A DNA stretch of 64,000 bases, taken from assembly GCA_965237955.1 (NCBI GenBank), contig OZ250169.1, positions 2,208,001 through 2,272,000 on the forward strand, written 5' to 3'. The stretch is from Candidatus Marinacidobacterales bacterium. Its GTDB lineage: Bacteria > Acidobacteriota > Vicinamibacteria > Marinacidobacterales > SMYC01. The notes below the pieces were generated by a model that was given only the letters and a program-made list of their open reading frames with translations, did not search any database and had not been told where the DNA came from. Of the stretch, positions 60,409 to 64,000 are shown one piece after another; the stretch's first letter is position 1, and each line of letters begins with the position of its first letter. The position numbers were made by a program, and so were the translations under genes.

Positions 60409-63400
60409 GGGACCCCACCGCCCCAGGTTAACTTGAAACCGGTCACCTTATAGATGAGACGGCCGTCCACCGAAAGCGTACCGGAGGCCTCGACGGTGTG
60501 GCTCCGATCATCGATGGCGGTGACCACTACATCGGCGACCACGCGGCTGTCGGTGGGAAGGACTTGCCCCCGGTAGAGCCAGATGTGCTCCGAGCCGGGT
60601 GTCATCGCCTCGAGACGGCCGTCGGCCGGGGCTCCCCATCGCTCGACCGCAAAGACTTTCATGAGCTGGATCAGAGATTCCAGTCCCAAAGATCCGGGCC
60701 ACACGGGGTCTTGATAGAAGTGGGCCTTGAAGAACCAGGCCTCCGGGTTCACCAGTGTCGTCCCTCGCACGAAACCGAGGGCCTTGGGACCACCGCCAGG
60801 GACGCAGAGCTCCACGTCGGTCACCATCTGAAACCGTTCATCAGGAAAGGGCGCCGCAAGAGGTATTGAAAAAGCCCGGGCGCGGCGACGCTCGTCGTCA
60901 GTGGGGACGTAGGGAGTGTCATCGCGGATGCCGATCTGACTCGCGAGGGCGTCCTTGGAGAAGAAGCCGAAAGTGGTATCACCGGTGTAGACCGGCCCCT
61001 GGGCCGAGCGGATCTCGAAGTCGTAGTTCTGCACGATCATGCCCGCCGAGCTGGACACACCGGTGATCTTCACGACGGTGCTCAGCACACCGATGTCGCG
61101 GGTGAGAGGAACATGCTGCACACCTTGGCCTCCAAGGTTGCGGAACGAAAGATCGATGTCGCTGGTCAAGGCGGAGCCCAGATAAGCCGCCAGCCAACCG
61201 CAAGGCTGAAGGCCCACTTCCAGAAGCACGGCGAAGGGCATGGTGTCCTGGTGGTCGGCGTTGAAGAACCACGCATCTTGGGGGACTTCGTACTGCGCTT
61301 CGATGACTCCGCCGGCCACGAGCTTCCACGGCTCGGCGTCGATCTCGGTGATGCGGTCGAGGAACTGATAGGGCGGGCCGGGCAAACGCGCGATGACCCG
61401 GTCCCGGTCGAACACTTCGTAGGGCTCACCGAAAGCGTCCGAGGGCTTGCCGATGGCGAAGGCGGTGATGCGATCCGTATCGAAGATGGCCGGTTTGCCT
61501 GTACAGGCTGCGGCCCAAGTTCTCTCGAAAGCGTCTCGGTCGACGCCATCGAGCTCGAGAGACATGTTCGTGATCTCCACGATGGCCTTTCCGTCGGCAA
61601 CCATGAGAGCGTCCACGATTACGTAGGGCTTCGGCTCGTATCCGATTTCCTTCAAAGAGATTTCGTATTGCACTTTCTCGGTGGACGCAATCACCTGGCC
61701 GCGGCACTTCAGTTGGCCGGCAACGCCGGGGACGGGTTGGTAGGCAACTTGATCCCGGGAAGCCACCCATCCCATGCGGAGCAGGAAGACACGCAGCGTG
61801 TGGAGGCAGCACTCGTACATGAGCGTGCCGGGCATGACCATGTCGTCGCGGAAATGGCAGGTCAGGAACCAGTCGTCGGGGTAGATGTCCGCCTCGGCCT
61901 TGATGATCCCCAGGCCGAATCTTCCGCCCTCGGGATCGAGATGAAGCACCCGATCCAGGAGCTTCATGGTGCCGCCGGGAAGGGTGGCGGGATGCTGCAC
62001 GGGCAGGTTCGCGAAGGCCTCACCGAAGCAGGCCGCGAGATCGCCGTCGCGCAGAGCCTGGATGGCGTCGTCGTCGTAGGACTCCACCGACATTTCGACC
62101 AGAGAATGCCAGTCGTCGGGCCGCACGCCGGGCTGGAGCCCCAGGTCCATCTCCGTGTGAACGATGCCCTCGCCGGCATCGAGCTCTTCCGCGGTGAAGA
62201 AGCCGGCGCATCCCTTCGTCATGCTCAGAAGAGGCTCCCCATTCACCGTGGCCTCGAAGTTGAAGCGGAACAGATGGGTTTCGCCCTGCCGGAAGAACTC
62301 GTCAATGGCGATGTCGTAGTGAATGGTCTCGCCGGCGCGAGGAAGACTTCGATGGAAGGTCACTTCGGCGTCGAGGAGACGGTAGACGGCGAGGCCCCGG
62401 GTGACGAAGTCGATGCCCAAGTAGGCCGACAGAAAAAGATCCGCCTGCCCGGCTTCAACGGCGATGCAGGTGGGGATCCGGCCGCCATCGAGATACCAGG
62501 CCTCGGGATGGATGTCATGCTCGGTCACCACCCGGCCATGGCTCATGGATCTCGGCTCACCGTGGATTTCCATGATGCGATCGACGAGCATCAGTGGCTC
62601 GTCGGGTAGACGCACCCGGGAGGGATGGCTGTCCACCGCCGCGAATTCGGGGCCGAGGACCTTGGCGATGGAGCCGATGGCGAACTGCAGACAGGCGTCC
62701 CGATCCAGAGCCGGCGCCGGGGCGGTAGACACCGGGGCGTCGCCCGACAATTCCAGCAGGTCCAGCAAGCGGTTTTGAAAAAAGAAATTCTTCGCCATGC
62801 CGTTTTGAAGGGCTTCGCTCACGCGCAAAAAAGTGCCGTGCGCCTCGCCGGTACGAAGCAACGTTTGGTGGAGCCCCCCAATGATGTCGTCGTCGTCGTC
62901 GATACCGACGCTGGGCCGGAGGGTTACCGGGGCAGGCGCCTTGAAAGGCCGGCCTCCTACGATGACCTGCAGCGAGCGATCGCGGCTCGTCGTCTCGGGT
63001 GAGGCGGGATTGGCAGAGGCCACGAGCGCTTGCCACGAGCTATTGATGAAGGGCCCGAGATCCAAGGGGACCCTTTCGGCGATGAGGGTGGCCACGCCTC
63101 GGAGCAGGGAATTGATTTCGCCCTGCTCCGGGACGTTCATCGAGACCGCCCGGTGCGGCCGGTCCTCGAGAATCCTATCGATCATCCGACTGGCGGAAGC
63201 ACCGGGCCCCATCTCGACGAATATCCTCACGCCGTCGGCGTACGCCTTTTGCACCACGGCGGGAAAATCGAAACCGTGAAGGGCCTGGTCGGTGATGGAC
63301 TCCGCCGCCGTCTCCCGGGTGAGCTGGTAAGCCTCTCCCGCGGCCACCGAGTAGAAGCGCACGCCATCGGGAGGTGTTGTCTCGAAAAGATGCAGGTCGT

Positions 63401-64000
63401 GATACGCCTTTTGAACCTCACCGAGCACGTCGCAGTGAACGGTAGCAACGCCGTTGACGGGAACAAGGCTTGCCCCCAGGGACGAGGCAAAGCTGGTCAC
63501 GGCGGATCGGTTGCCGCCGATGACGCATTCATCGGAGGTGTTCGTGATCAACAGGTAAACATGCTTCTGGTTTGAGAGGGCGGCCTTCACCGCCTCGGCC
63601 GGCCGGTCCACGACGCCGACCAGCCAGTCCACCGGGATTCCGGGATCCAGACCCCATGAGCGCCGGGCGGCCTCGCAAGGACCGGCCAGGTCGCTGACGA
63701 AAAGGGACGACGCTTCCATCCGCGCCAGCATGTCGTCTCGCTTCCTCCAGGTTCGCGTGGAGAACAGGGCCGCCGACTCGCCGAGGCTGTATCCGACGAC
63801 CGCATCGGGGCCGACGCCCAAGGTCTTCATGACGTCGGTCACCACGGTTCCGAAGGTGACCTGGCCGAAGATGAGAGCGTGGTGGCGCTCGTCAACATTC
63901 TCAGGAGGCGCAGCCCCCCAAAACCACTCAGGCACCATCTGCCGTTTCAAGTAGCGATTTTCGCCGTCGTGACGATGGAGGATCTCGGGAAAACGCAGAG
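60405..64000 (-). CDS. PUFA-synthase-like iterative PKS subunit (AT plus FabA-type DH domains; PfaB/C- or Pfa3-like); 5' end lies outside the window
   Basis: AT motif GYSLGES, and DH motifs FLTCHFRDDMVMPGTLM and FFKAHFYQDPVWPGSLG with interleaved pseudo-DH domains. TTGA overlap with oleA. Confidence 0.9.
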   Translation of the reverse strand, partial: LRFPEILHRHDGENRYLKRQMVPEWFWGAAPPENVDERHHALIFGQVTFGTVVTDVMKTLGVGPDAVVGYSLGESAALFSTRTWRKRDDMLARMEASSLFVSDLAGPCEAARRSWGLDPGIPVDWLVGVVDRPAEAVKAALSNQKHVYLLITNTSDECVIGGNRSAVTSFASSLGASLVPVNGVATVHCDVLGEVQKAYHDLHLFETTPPDGVRFYSVAAGEAYQLTRETAAESITDQALHGFDFPAVVQKAYADGVRIFVEMGPGASASRMIDRILEDRPHRAVSMNVPEQGEINSLLRGVATLIAERVPLDLGPFINSSWQALVASANPASPETTSRDRSLQVIVGGRPFKAPAPVTLRPSVGIDDDDDIIGGLHQTLLRTGEAHGTFLRVSEALQNGMAKNFFFQNRLLDLLELSGDAPVSTAPAPALDRDACLQFAIGSIAKVLGPEFAAVDSHPSRVRLPDEPLMLVDRIMEIHGEPRSMSHGRVVTEHDIHPEAWYLDGGRIPTCIAVEAGQADLFLSAYLGIDFVTRGLAVYRLLDAEVTFHRSLPRAGETIHYDIAIDEFFRQGETHLFRFNFEATVNGEPLLSMTKGCAGFFTAEELDAGEGIVHTEMDLGLQPGVRPDDWHSLVEMSVESYDDDAIQALRDGDLAACFGEAFANLPVQHPATLPGGTMKLLDRVLHLDPEGGRFGLGIIKAEADIYPDDWFLTCHFRDDMVMPGTLMYECCLHTLRVFLLRMGWVASRDQVAYQPVPGVAGQLKCRGQVIASTEKVQYEISLKEIGYEPKPYVIVDALMVADGKAIVEITNMSLELDGVDRDAFERTWAAACTGKPAIFDTDRITAFAIGKPSDAFGEPYEVFDRDRVIARLPGPPYQFLDRITEIDAEPWKLVAGGVIEAQYEVPQDAWFFNADHQDTMPFAVLLEVGLQPCGWLAAYLGSALTSDIDLSFRNLGGQGVQHVPLTRDIGVLSTVVKITGVSSSAGMIVQNYDFEIRSAQGPVYTGDTTFGFFSKDALASQIGIRDDTPYVPTDDERRRARAFSIPLAAPFPDERFQMVTDVELCVPGGGPKALGFVRGTTLVNPEAWFFKAHFYQDPVWPGSLGLESLIQLMKVFAVERWGAPADGRLEAMTPGSEHIWLYRGQVLPTDSRVVADVVVTAIDDRSHTVEASGTLSVDGRLIYKVTGFKLTWGGGVP

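Overview
This is a high-GC bacterial window. An ADOP-type permease remnant, PEP-CTERM, CRTAC1/ASPIC-UnbV and PQQ-dehydrogenase genes suggest Acidobacteriota, possibly Vicinamibacteria (inference). Housekeeping genes are intact: argGH, proBA, proS, rsgA, tadA, tRNA-Ser(CGA), mpg, metC, a waaC-like gene and a SNF2/SWIM pair. About 20 accessory catabolic, transport or secreted genes are broken by frameshifts, large internal deletions or IS insertions, which points to ongoing genome erosion. Two complete IS elements with perfect 8-bp target duplications are present: an ISL3 in a GcvT-like gene and an IS256 in a DUF11 surface-protein gene. The strongest hidden signal is an ArsM-like SAM methyltransferase (47642-48469). 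Its apparent TGA stop falls on the family's conserved Cys (W-T-G-*-I-A-G-A-L) and is followed by a SECIS-like hairpin, so it is probably a selenoprotein, and it lacks the other ArsM cysteines. Other highlights are an IclR/MttB/GcvT-like/twin FAD-oxidoreductase cluster of unknown substrate, a reductive dehalogenase relic, and an intact PUFA-synthase plus oleABCD operon at the right end. Also notable are tandem ARG boxes over the argG start and a sigma54 promoter with an enhancer site before a PEP-CTERM gene.
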